A DNA stretch of 64,000 bases from Cycas panzhihuaensis (taxonomy: Eukaryota; Plantae; Cycadophyta). Where the stretch lies: positions 197,105,741-197,169,740 of the forward strand of contig CM041465.1 in assembly GCA_023213395.1 (NCBI GenBank), written 5' to 3'. Below the pieces are notes generated by a model, which worked only from the letters and a program-made list of their open reading frames with translations, was not told where the DNA came from and ran no database searches. Shown one piece after another: positions 1 through 13,049 of the stretch. Position numbers and translations under genes: made by a program. Numbering within the stretch: position 1 is the first letter of the stretch; every line of letters begins with the position of its first letter.

Positions 1-242
1 CCTTAAGTGACCTTTGGCGCCCCTAGAGGGGCCTTTTCACTATCATTTCTTTCCCGTCTGTCGGGTCATTTTCCTCGCCCTTAGGTAGCCTCATTTCTGG
101 ATCTTCTTGCCCTTCACGACCTTTATTGATAACCACTCGAGCCTCCCCACGACTACTTCTCTGCATGGAGTCCACTTCACCCATCGACCCTATCAACACT
201 TTCTCCTCGATTCCCCCTATTGAGACCTCTATTCCTTTTATC

Positions 243-625
243 ATGATGTTATTCATCTTCACTGATGATGGAAGCCATGGTAACCCTAGCCCTTTTGCTG
301 TTGTATGGATTCTCCATGACCCTTCTGGACATAACTTCATGCATTCTAGGATCTTCCTTCCTCAGGCTACTAATAATAAAGCTGAGTACATAATTGTTAT
401 TAAGACCCTTATTGATGCATTCTGCTTCTACCATTGACCCATCATCCTCTTCTGTGACTCTTAGGTTGTGGTGTCCCATCTCACCTAGGTCTACCAAGCG
501 CGGTGCCCATGCCTGAGAGCCCTCACCTCGACTGCTGGTCCTTATTGGCTTGTTTTCCTTCCTTCGACATATAACACATTCCTCGGGTTCTCAATGGCAA
601 GGTGGATAGCCTAGTTCATCTTGTC
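243..625 (+). pseudogene. Archaeal/type-1 RNase H (aRH) of Tat-like element, decayed
   Basis: Translation MMLFIFTDDGSHGNPSP...ATNNKAEY...CDS*VVVSH...HIPRVLNGKVDSL matches RNase HI motifs DG-GNPG, TNN-AEY, DS-LVV, HIPR-N-AD; contains stops and a frameshift. Confidence 0.85.
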
Positions 626-1168
626 CCTAAGCATCACATCCCCCTTCTTATTAACCCACCTTGAGAGACTTGTTCAGTCACCCAGGCACCCAAGTCTCAG
701 GTCATCTTGTCCTTCATATCACGATCCATTTGCACCTTTGAAAGGCAGCTGCTAGTGAGGTTAAACTATGGTGACTACCGGGTCTATTTTCTTACTCCAC
801 TCTTAACATCTCTCTTAGCACATAACTCCCACATGTGTTGACTTATCTTTTATGCATAACACCTTATTCATGACATTTGTCTGATTGTATGCGTGGTCAT
901 CACCACCCTTGCATTGTACTCTTACGATGGGGGCATCTCCCTCATCTACTATCATTGCCTGTCAACTATACAATGACACATAGGCAACCCCTATATTGTC
1001 TTGCCCTTTCCTCTACGCCCATGCATTCTGCAAAGACACTCACCATCATCCTTGGCTTACACCATTGTTATGTTTGTTTGTATGTATATATGTCACTAAC
1101 ATTATGTTTCTAGCATTCACCGTCGCATTGCGCTTCTACGCCGTGAGGCTCTGCTACTAAGGGGACAG

Positions 1169-4100
1169 TGTTTCCTGGCTACTAGGAATGGGTTTTTGGC
1201 AAGTTAACTTAGGTAAGTATAGGTATGCTTCTATCCTTTGCCTTTGTTACTTCTCCAGAAAGGTAAATTGAAGCATCTATTTTTTACTACATGATTGATT
1301 GATATATTTGAGTCATCATCTTGCATCCATTGCTTGATTATATTGCCTGACACCACTCTAGCCTATGATGACCATGGGACATGGATCCCAATGGCACTCC
1401 ACAGCCCTCCTATGCACCTCCATGTTGTCCCAAGTACCAACTAGCCTATATGATCTGTTCATATTCCCATTGCCATATCACGGCTCTTAGTGCCTCACTA
1501 GGTGTGATTGGCATATTCCTATCCATTTGCCAACCTCTTGGGAGCTTTATCCCTCTGGTGCCCCATCTGGTATAGGTCATCTCTTCTTTATGACTATCCC
1601 CAGCTACCAGGATAGAGGGCTAGGCACTTCTAGGCCTAGGGTACCCTCCTTTGGGGCTCCTAGATCCCTTTTTCTTCTTTTGTTTTGGCTTCTATCACCA
1701 CACCATGGTAAATGTCATGGTACCACGATAAACTTTACAATACTGTAAATTTTACCATAGGGTAATTGTCATAAAATATTTTTTAAAATCTACTGTGCTA
1801 AATTTCACATTTTTCATGAAATTGCCATGTGGCTAAGTCATACCCTGAGTCCTAGTATAAGCCTAATCATCTAATTAAGCTAGGGTTAGGTATAAAACCT
1901 AAAAAGACTTCATTTCCCTCTCTTCCTCCATCTTTTCTCCTCTCTTCTTCTACTTTCACAGGTGATTTTCTATAGGAGTGCTTTGTAATATTTAGATACC
2001 TATGTCTTAGCCTGAGATATACCCTCTCTAGCTTAGATCCATAGTAGTAGGCTTGAGACCAAGCTTCTCCAAGCAAGGACGTGCTCCAAGTCTCACTTCC
2101 ATACACAAGCATCAGGTTTCACCAAGTTCTCCTTCAAGTTTCATAGCCTCCACAGGAATCCACCTGCAAGCCTTATAGAACTACCTTCCTCTGCCATTTT
2201 CTTAGGTAGACGTGCTACCAATCCACCTATAGTAGGTACTATTTCATTTATATTTCATTTTATTCCTTTTAGTTCCTCTAAAAGAGATTAGAATATCCTG
2301 AATATATTTCTTTTCATAGTTTTTTCCATCAAGTACAAGAGGCATCTCCTCCATTTTTCCTTATCTATCCTCCCTACCTTCTTGCTCTCTCTTGGTTTCT
2401 CCAAGGAAGTTGTAAGGAGAGGTCCCAAAAGGGCAAGAGAAAGGATCCAAGGCAGGTTCCACACCCTACAAGGCCTGCTCCTTAAGGGCAACCGCTTTCT
2501 CCCCTTTCCCTCTTCCTCTTTTGTGCCTCCCTTGGGCTACCAGAGAGCTCTTGGAAGAGAGGCCATCACTGTATCAGTGTACGTAGCCCATTGCTGTGCT
2601 AGTTCTAGGCCTGGGCACCTTACATGGGTAGAGTTTCCAACCCTTAGTCATACCATACGTCACTTTTAGGTGTTGGCTTAGTCAAAAGTTGTAAATGTTA
2701 TACATTGCAGCCTATGCAACATCAACAACATTTATAACCTTTGTGCAACTTATCTCTCCTATTGTTTGCTGCTATTAGACCATCCATATCTGCTATTTAT
2801 GTGCTTGGATAGTGTGGAGGTGTGTGCATTGGAGGGTTAGCCATTCTGAGGCTAACCATCCCTGTCCTTTTATCTTGTCTTGTTTGCATTGAGGAGATTG
2901 GAGGTTGTTTCTTGGTTAAAAATCTACTTTGATTAAAGTGCTTTACTTACATCATTTTATACACTTTGCATCTACATATATACATATATATTTGGCATCC
3001 TAGCAGCCCCTTGGGAAAAGGGGGAGTACTCTTTGTTTACAGGTTTCACTACATTGCTCGCATAGAAGAAAGAAACACATTAATCTGGGTATATCTCCTT
3101 CATTCCTTTTCCTTGGTCATCTCTGTCTTTAGCATAGTCTTTTCCTTTGTCTTTCTTGCTTTTTTCCTTTTAGTCCAGGGAAGGTAAGGAATCCTTGACA
3201 CCATTGCTCTACGTTGCCTACGTGTTGGGAAGGGAAAAGGGAAGCAAGTGCAACATAAGAGAACGTCTTGATTTTAGCTACACAACCCTTTGGGTACGTC
3301 GTTCTCTTCTCTTCATAGCTCTTTTCCCTTTTTGTTTTAAGCTTGTTTGCTTGCATAATTGAAACATAAAAGGAAAAGAAGGAAAGAAACAAGTTTACAT
3401 CTATTCCTTGCATGTGCATGCTACACTCACACTTCTAGGAAAGAGCATGAGATAAGAACCATATCCCTCCGCTTTCCTTGCTCGATAGCATGCATTTTCT
3501 TTAGGCCCTACATCCTTTACATGCATGTTGACATTTGATTGGCTTCCCTACTTTACTCCCTTTTCTCCCATTTAAAACAAAAAGAGAGTGGGGTTTTATA
3601 TTTGAGAGTAGATGAGAGTATATTTACTATTTTTTTATATAGTTCTTGTCTCTTATTTGCAATAAACACAACTAGTTACGCATCACTTCACTATCATATT
3701 TAGAAGGTTGAACCCTTAACATATAGGACGACAGAAGCTTCTTTCACCATCACTCCTTATTCCCCAAACTCACATTAGGTGGGTTAGCCTAAGGAGGAAT
3801 TTTCCTCTAGGATATCCTCATGCAACCCCCATCACTCCTTATTCCCCAAACTCACATTAGGTGATCTTAACATCTTCACCTTTGGGTCAGTCCCTCATGT
3901 AAGGTGGTTGTTCGATGCCATTCTTACAAGCATGCACCTCCCTCATCACTCTTCTAGATACATCCCCATTAATATCCCTCTATTTTCTATGAGGATCCAT
4001 TCCCTCATTCAGTCTTGCCCTTTCCTTTTGGCCATCTAAGGGCAGGAAGACCTACGTCTTGAGGTGACTTAGGAAACTGAGGATATCCTTTGATCTTGCT

Positions 4101-4306
4101 ACCCTTAAAACCAAAATTGAGTTACCTAGAAGGGAGTTGTGCACCATTCGTGGGTCTTGAACCTGTGTTTCAATGCACGGATGCCCTGTGTGGGTGATTT
4201 CTCTCACTTACTGGATTGACTCTATATTCCAGAGCTCTCCGTTGACCAATCTAATCCTAACTAAGTGTGGTTACCATCCCATAGATGCGATTCCAGATCC
4301 CTAACA
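1169..4306 (+). repeat. 3' LTR of copy A (~3.1 kb)
   Basis: Starts TGTTTCCTGGCTAC after the PPT, ends ...CCCTAACA; TATA-like GGTATAAAA near 1889; both ends align with LTR C. Confidence 0.75.
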
Positions 4307-5590
4307 ACTTTATGGTATTAAAACATTCCAATAGCAATGCAATATCACTATGTAAAGATAAATATGGCAACAAATAATATATTAAATGATGGCGCATGAA
4401 CAAAAATGAACTAGCAACTATGCAAGTGATGTAGATGCAAATATTAAAATGACGGCTACAACATAATATCGACGGATGATTATGGCCCATATATGGGTGA
4501 CTTTAATAAAAAAATATAGCCATGACTGTATATATCATGAGTGGCATTAAAAATTAAAAAATGGTAGCCATGGCAACTATATATTAAAAGCAAGAAATCA
4601 ACACATAGGGACAATCTATAATAACCAGCTGGTTATTAATATCATTACATACATAGTACATAATATGCAAAAATATATATAAATATATTTGTATATATTT
4701 TAATGTATAGGTGACTGAGATTAAACATTAAATATTTAATCAATGGATAGAGTAAGATACTATCAAATGATTAATTTATCATGCACAACTGCTCAAATAT
4801 ACCTATAAATCCTAAAATATCAAATAAGTAATTATATAATGTGTATACCTTTTGATATATTGTTGTATTTTCATCTCATGGCTCTGCAATATCTCTACTA
4901 GGGTTCTACACTTTTTCACTAGTCTTCTAACATTAATAGAGGGCTAGCAAGTGTCTTTAAGGCTTACAAACTCAATGGAACCTTTAAACAGGGATCTGGT
5001 GCTTTTAACAAGCTCAAATGGGGCTTAAATGGCTAGCAATAGAGTCACAAGGTTTACATGCTCATCCACACACATCCATGGAGCCTAGAATACTTGTAAA
5101 CAAGGATAGAAGGTTTCCAAGATCCTCTAATGATTATCTATATCTCTGTGGCTATTTTTAGGGTTATCAGACATGCCTTTCCACTCATGACAAGCCAACA
5201 TGAATTGGCACCATCGATTAGACCATCCGATAAGAATCCTTTGCTTGTGCATGACCTACAAGCTTTGATACCATGTTGGAAAATACAAATGTAAATAAAG
5301 GTCAAAAGGATCTTTCACATTGAGTAGATCACAGTAGAAATAAATTACACGAGATACTAGATTGCCATGGGAAACCCTTACCAGTGAAAACCCACAATAA
5401 TATTATTTACATATTAATAATCTAATGAAATTACAAGGTTGAATTTTGATCTATATTTATAGATCTCAAGTGTCAAATATAATTACATTTACATTCATCG
5501 GGCTCACCACTCTCAAGAATATTCCACCTACATATTAGGCACATAAATACGTTCACTTTACATTAATTAATATATTAATATATTCCAACA
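4307..5590 (-). mobile_element. Partial Copia-like element: 5' LTR (5274-5590), tRNA-iMet PBS (5262-5273) and leader, cut by copy A
   Basis: TGTTGGAA...TTCCAACA terminal inverted repeat; GCTTTGATACCA reads TGGTATCAAAGC on the minus strand. Confidence 0.75.
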
Positions 5591-6067
5591 ATTGTGATAA
5601 TTAAAGTGTGACCAAACTCATCAAAAGTCTTGTATTCTATGCAAGGAACAAACATAAAAGTTCATCATCACTTCATCAAAGAAAAGGTCCAAAATAAAAG
5701 AAATTGACTTACAATATTATAGTAGTGATCAACAAGTTACTAATATCTTCATAAAACCATTATCAAAGAATAAATTTTAGTATTTTAGGGATCGACTTGA
5801 GATGAGAAATAAAGGATAAACAACATTAAGGGAGGGTTTTAGAATATTAATATTTTATCCTAACTTTTATACTATAGTGTTAATTATGTAAATTGAGAGC
5901 TAGGTGTCATTATCCCTCTTTTGTCTTAAAACTATACTTGTCTCACTTGTTGATATTTGTTATTCATGTACTAATCGGTTATGTAAATCAATTGTATATA
6001 AGAGGGATCACCCTCTGTCATCAATCAATGAAGTAATCTTTATTTTCTTTAATTCAATTTTTATCAT
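5591..6067 (+). mobile_element. 3' end of a decayed Copia (RNase H C-terminus, PPT, short 3' LTR)
   Basis: CDN.S...VFYAR.KHI.VHHHFIKEKV...QQVTNIFIKPL-like reading; AAGGGAGGG at ~5828; LTR-like tract ending TTTTATCA. Confidence 0.7.
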
Positions 6068-9054
6068 TTAGATGGAAACTTTCCATGGACATAATATGAA
6101 AGCATGACATGGTTTTCAACAAGCTAAATTCATAACATATAGCTCCCAAGATCTTCCACATATAAGGTTTTGTATAAAGGTTATCTAGATAGGTCATTAT
6201 CACAAATATTAAGGGGATATACATGGGTTGCCTTTAAAAGATAACACAAAGTTAGACCAAGTACTTATGCTATAATGGCTTTAAGAGCTAGGGGACTAAA
6301 GATATACACTCATCTACTATGCTTTTTAAGCATATCATTTCAAGTTAATTAGCCTATAAGACTAAGGTGGTAAAAAGAAATACTTTGAAGGTGAAGTATC
6401 TCAAGGAGGAATTGACTGTATTGAACTTTTACTTTAATGATTATGGAAGTTGGCTCCATAAAGAAGTCCATTATCTAGTTATAAATATGGGAGTTAGTGT
6501 AATCCAAGGCTGCGATCTTCTTATTCTTTGAATAATGGATTAATATATATTTTTCAACACTTTGGTGGTAGGCATTTATTGCTCTTTATCTATTATTGTT
6601 ACTCAACATTCATCATTATTTGCATCATTGCACTTTAATTATTACCATTGTTTGATAAATAATTATCGTCAATATTAATATTTTGGTTAATTATCTGAGA
6701 GCTTGCTTCATTATATGCAATTGATTATGTTGTGAAATCTTATAATGGGAGAGTGTGTTATGAGTTGTTTTATAATGGAATTTAAAGTGGGGTAACTGCT
6801 TTTGATGTGACAGACAAGATAATGAAAGTATATATTATGAGATGACAATAGTTAGTGCACAAATACATGTATTGCAAGAGGATAATAGTTAATACATAGA
6901 TGCACTTCACAAGTCAAAGTTTAGATCTATACTAAGCCCAATAGGCAATTGGATCTTGTTGTGAAGCTAGAGATGAATGCTGAATATTGTAAGCTACACA
7001 CATGCATAATAATTATATTTAATATTTATAAAGGTGATACGATGATTGATGGCATAAGAAGACTACACGAGAAACATTAGTGTCTAGTACAATCATTATC
7101 CCTAATGTTAGAAATAATAAGAGACATGGAAGTAATGAAATTTTTAAGCTTTATCCAAGGCAAAGCTAAAACTAGTAGCTTTTGCTATAGATTAGAAACT
7201 TGTTGGATTGGATTATTGATGAGTTTTAAATCTATTATTTATTGGAATACCCTTGGTGGTATCTTGGTTTTGGGCATTTTATATTTAGTTTTCCAAATTT
7301 CTTATATGGGATTTTAATCATTTAATTTAATCTTTCAAAAATTTTAGAGGGATTTCTATGCATTAAGTTCACAACTATGGTCTTCTATCAATGGTAATTA
7401 GGCAAGATGATGCAATTAGTCATAAGTAAGTGACTCTTATGCTCTTTGGGTGCATTTATATTTGACAGTCTTATTTTCATGGATACTCATTTTCATAAGA
7501 TAGTCTTAGGAGTTTTCATAAAATTATTGCTTGAGAATGGAAACCATTGGCATTGTGGAAAATGTGATAGGATGCATCATAATATAATAATTTTAGGATG
7601 AGATATTTGTCTTTTATATTAGGGAAATTGTGTTTTTCCTTTGAAAATAAAATGACTGTGTAAAGGAAAAGAGGTAAGGATTTATGAATAAGGAGTAAAA
7701 TATTCAAATGCATTGACGAATATTAAATGTGAGCTAATGTATTGTGAATATCTATCAAAGTTACTCCATATTTGAAAAGCTTATTCACTAATCTAAGTAT
7801 TAACTATTTTGTGGGAGCACCTATTATAAGCTTTTGGTGTATTATTTTATCTACCAAATGCATTTGCAGTTGGCATTGATCATGCCTTGTTTTTAGATCT
7901 TCTTTATATCCATTTATTATGCAGTAAAGACCAAACTGATGCTTACATAGTATTATGTAACTCTTCTAAAAATAAGAGGATTTGTGCATCATTTCCACTT
8001 ATAGAGTACAAAACACTAATTTGTAATAGGAACTTAAGTATAAACTCTAAGTGAAAGATGAAATGAAAGATCTAAAACTTTTAAGAGGTTTTCAATTTTA
8101 TCTTCTATAGGTTGATTTCATTATACACCATTATTTTGCATCCTTCTATTCTAAACCTTTGTAGTAACTTTTGAGCATATGGTGGTGCCAATTGTTTTAC
8201 TTTTTGATCCCATGTTGATTTCCCACTTCCTACATATCTACTAGGCTCCAACAATTGCCACCTAATTCCCTATACATGTTCATTTTCTCTTGGAATTAGT
8301 TGATCTACATTTACACTTTTGTTGGTGTCACTCCCTTACTCACTGGATATTGCCCATGTTCCCATTTCTTCCTTTTATTTTCTCCTTAATTGAGCCTTGA
8401 AAAATATCTACATTCCTCACCTCAAGCACAAGATTAATTCCTTTAGCATGCTATTATCAACTTATGTTTGCCCATCTTCCAAGTCTTTCCATTCTACTTA
8501 TATGCTTTAGTCATTGTACCATTGTTGACACCTCCTCAATTATTTGGGATTTGTTGGTGAGTTTTATGACACCCCCTTCTATCATTAGGAAATTAGCATT
8601 CAAATTAGAAAGGTTATACGTTATGGACCATATGACAAACGATTTAAATCTCATTTTAAGTCTAGAATATAGTGAAAGTTGAATGTCATTTTTGGCAAAT
8701 ATAAATAAAGTTTTAGCATAATATGGGGGAATCTATTCACAATGGAGATTGAAAAAAAAAAAAAACCAATGAGATTTATTTCATTTTAGTTACATTTATA
8801 ACAATATAACTTATTAGATATAAGATGTATTATTGTGTGTAGCAACATTAATAATGTTTATGTTTGATATCATATTATTTATCAAATCATGATAACATAT
8901 GTCATAAACTAAACATAGATGCATAGTTAATATAAGCATTAATTTAATGCTTAAATGTTTTAACAAAATAATTATAGACGATAGTGTTCATATACACACA
9001 TTTTAATTCATTAACATTTATGCTAAAGTATGATGGATGTTAATGTTATAACAA

Positions 9055-9245
<191 letters not shown>

Positions 9246-9739
9246 TTTTAATGTAAATTTTGATATTCAATTCATGAATGCATTGGTCTAATGATAATCA
9301 TATTAAATAATGTTGATGTATATTAATTATTTTATTTTAAACCATTTACGATAACTCAAATTCATATTAGTAATGAAGGGATAATTAACAAAAATAAATT
9401 TATAAATAAAATTATAAATTTTTATCTTGCATTTACTTTCAATCAATAAAATATGTTTATGATTACTATGTGTGTCTGTGCATTTCAAATTGTGATATTA
9501 ATAACATATTCTCTTGATAGATGTTTAATTTTATTTTTGTGAATTTATTTTTATGTATTACATATACTTTAATTTAATTTCCTTTAAGTGACATTTTATA
9601 TTGATTGAAGAAGTTTCATATGATTCAATTCAATTTTAGTTCATTTAAAGGTGTGATAATTGCTAAATTTTAGCAAAGATCATTACTAGAAGATTGATCA
9701 CTATTTTGCCTTAAGTTACTTCTTATGAGTAAATGAGAT

Positions 9740-10860
9740 TTATAAAAGGAAGGTATATATTGGAAAAATTAATGATGGCTTGGGAAGGATTGGAGTAGGT
9801 AAGGAGCAAGAGACTTTTTATGACCTTACTGGATTTTGGAAAAGCATGTAATAGAGTGGAATGGACTTTTAGTGTTCTTTCATTGAAACTACTTCAGATT
9901 AGAGGTAAGTTTGGCAAAATGATTCAAACTCTTTTGTATAACACAAACACCTTTGTGGTTTTAAATGGACTAAATTCTAATTCTCTTAACCTACAGAGGT
10001 CCATAAGGTAACCTTATTTATTCCAGTAGTTAAGGCAAAAGGTCACCTCCTTTTAGCCAAACTAGATAATAAAGTGGTGTAGGGTTTAATGCTCCCTGAG
10101 TTAAATAATGAATTATTGAATTCACCCTTTGTTTATGATACCATGCTATATTTTGAGTCTCAAGAAGATAATATGAAGGAAGACCTTCAATATGTGCAAC
10201 ACTTCTATGACATTAAGATGAATCTTCATAAGTTAAAAGTAATCTATAGTAGTTGGGAAAATCCCTCTTTGTGGAATGTGGATTTGGATTAGAAATGGGT
10301 TCCACATGGATAAATCATATAGTTATGGACCTATTTTAGGGCAAATATTTCTCTCAAGCAAAAAGGGGATTGGTTTTTTGGTAAGATCTTAGGAAAGTTG
10401 GCCAATTAGTCCATAAGGCTTTTTCAAATTATTGGTCAATTTATGGTTTGTCTCAAGGCTCTTTTAGCATTCCATGTATGCTATTCTTTATGTTAGTTCC
10501 TTGCCATGGCTCATTATAACTAGCTGGAGAAGATCATTACAGATTCTCTCTTATTGGATGGTAGAGCTAATAATAAGATTCATTAAGTAGGGTAGATGAT
10601 TTGTTGTTAGCCTAGAAAGCAAGGGAGTTTAGGACTAAGGAACATAAAGTTACATAGCTAACCCTTTGCTATAAAATGGATATTTAGGGATTTACATGAG
10701 CAAAAGCCTTTGACGTTATAGATTAGGAGGAGTAATTTGAATGAGGTTCTTGATGATAGGAAAGCCTAGGCTATTTTGAATTTATGAGATGTGTCTTACC
10801 TTAACTAATATAAAAGTGAGAGGCTCATCAGTGTATTAGGCTATTTGTAAAGCTTGGTAG
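9740..10860 (+). mobile_element. Decayed L1-like non-LTR retrotransposon (RT and downstream ORF2 region)
   Basis: LLDFGKACNRVEW (=DFEKAYDRVEW), LQRSIR (before QG), FVYDT (=FADDT), later GGLGLRN-like motif; many stops. Confidence 0.8.
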
Positions 10861-10902
10861 TGTTCTAAAGTTCATATCTAACTAATGAAGTATAGTTAGA
10901 GG

Positions 10903-11288
10903 TGTTAAAACATTATAATGGCACCCCCATTTCCACGTAATTTATGTTTATTATGTGCATATTATAATCTTTATGCTACCCTTATTGTAAATTTGATCAT
11001 ATTTTGTAATTATGTTAGGTCCGTCGTATGTATCAGTAAGTTGGCCAATATTATTTATGTAAATCTTGGTGGGATTCTTATAAATTAAGTCCCACACAAT
11101 TTATTTGTACATTGGAACATTGTTTATGTAGAAGCTTTACTAGTTTGGAGCCTCACGTGGTGACAAATTTAGCCGTGAACTTTGATTCATCTTAGTTCTA
11201 TTCTTGCATTTAAATGTTTATTATATTATTTCAATAGTTTAGCCTTGCTTTATGATAGATGCACATAGATTTTAGATGAGTTTTAACA
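10903..11288 (+). repeat. 5' LTR of element D (386 bp)
   Basis: TGTTAAAAC...GTTTTAACA 9-bp terminal inverted repeat followed immediately by a PBS. Confidence 0.85.
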
Positions 11289-11300
11289 TGGTATCAGAGC
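11289..11300 (+). promoter_or_regulatory. Primer-binding site, tRNA-iMet (TGGTATCAGAGC)
   Basis: Exact canonical motif abutting the LTR end. Confidence 0.9.
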
Positions 11301-13049
11301 TTGCATGTGCTTTATTTAGTAGTTTGTTGAGAAACTAGTAAAGAATAGAGGCTCATTTCCTCATAAAAACATCCTATTCCTATATTTTCTTCATTATTAT
11401 CTCAATTTCTAAGTGCACACAACCATTTTGAAGTGACACATGCCATCTTCAACTTGTATTAACCTCATCTTATAGGTATTCAGCCTAGTTGCGGTGCTAT
11501 AAGCTTACAATCCTATTTTTTGGATAAAAAATGAAAGAAATGGCTCCGTTTCACATGGTTTCAACCCTAGGTTGAGCTAAATCTACTTGCTAGAGCTTCA
11601 TCTACATTTGTGGTGGTGTGCTGGCCCTGTTCCTAGTCTGTAAGTGAATGTACAAAGCAATTTTATGGAGATTTATGTCAAGAATTTACCAAAATTACTC
11701 CCAACACCTCTATGCATCACATGGCTCGTTTTCATTTATTTTAGGTTCATTTAAAGTCAAACAAGATTTAGTTTCCTTCATCTAACCCTATGTCCCCCTC
11801 AAGTAGTTCTAGAGTAAATCTTATTCAAATATATGAAGATTTGGGCCTTTGTTCCTCTCACAAGTTGCCCATGGCTGTACGAAGTCTGCATGGCTCCACG
11901 ACGATAAAAATTTTAAAAAATTTCATATTTTTAACTTTATTTTCATTAAAGTTTGATTACATTAAGTTTAATCTTATATTCACTTGAGATCCAACACTTT
12001 AGCCCCCTCAGATTGGTCTTATTTGTCATCATATGACCATATTTTTCACATAAAGGATGGACTTGAAAGCATAATTAACCAGTTTACATAAGTTTTATAA
12101 AAACAAAAAGATTATTTCATATTTGATAAACTTTTAGGTACGCTATCCCCTTACTCAGTGTAGCAGGTGGTCACATGTATTAGGTCTTTGACTAGAGGCT
12201 ACTTTTCAAAGGGGATGAAGCCTATCCTTCATAAGTTTTTTTTATAAAAGCATACTTGTTACTATTTTTGCAATATCTTTACAACCAATTGTTCATTTTT
12301 TGAACCATCTAAACCATCAAAAAGAGGGCTCAAAGCGCTATAGTCTAGACTTTATTTGATCCTAATCTAAGCCTATTTTTAGAAGTTATATGCTACCAAA
12401 GTTGAGCTTTGTATTTAAACTTCCTTATAACTTTTTTTTATCATTTAAAGGCAAAACTCTATTTTTTAGAAGATCTTTTACTATTTCATGCTACTATTAT
12501 TTACTAATTGACTGCTCTAATATAATTTTTAGGCTAATAAAGTGCTTATGGTTGGTTTTATATAGATGTTCTCCTTAGAGGTTAAAGTGGATCTTCTTGG
12601 TATAAGTCCACTCCAAGAGCTTTTAAACCTCTTATTTTCTTGAATTACTTGCATTTCCATTATTTTTTAGCTTTCATTTTTAAAAGAAACCCTTGTTTGT
12701 AAGTAATTCAACCTAAAATCAATCTTTAAATTGAAACATTAATCAAGCTGCTAGATCAGAAACCACTATAAGCCCATTATAAGAAGTGGTATATCAACTT
12801 CAGAAAAATATACCAAGTAATGCATCATCAACATATATGATGAATTGGCTATAGAATGCTTGGGGAGAGACGAAATTTGGTTCATGCTATAAGCTAGAAG
12901 TATGTTTGGACCCTTCAGAATCAAATGATGAAGTATGGAAAGAAGCAACATAGAGCACACCAAGCTTGGAGGAAAAATTTAACAATGTAAAAAAATTCTA
13001 GGGTCAAGCAAATCAAATTCAAAATCATATAGAATATTGTAATCAATTG

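Larger units (their letters stand above)
1..4306 (+). mobile_element. Ty3/gypsy Tat-like LTR retrotransposon copy A, 3' end only (aRH, 3' UTR, PPT, 3' LTR)
   Basis: aRH remnant at 243-625; purine tract AAGGGGACAG (1159-1168) directly before TG at 1169; LTR aligns by eye with 54875-58724. Confidence 0.8.

Noticed and set aside
6070-9050. Possible coding remnants (e.g. GIDC-like trace near 6410)
   Set aside because: Too decayed to support any call by eye
11289-11300. tRNA-Met gene
   Set aside because: Only the 12-nt complement of the tRNA 3' end (a PBS); no cloverleaf
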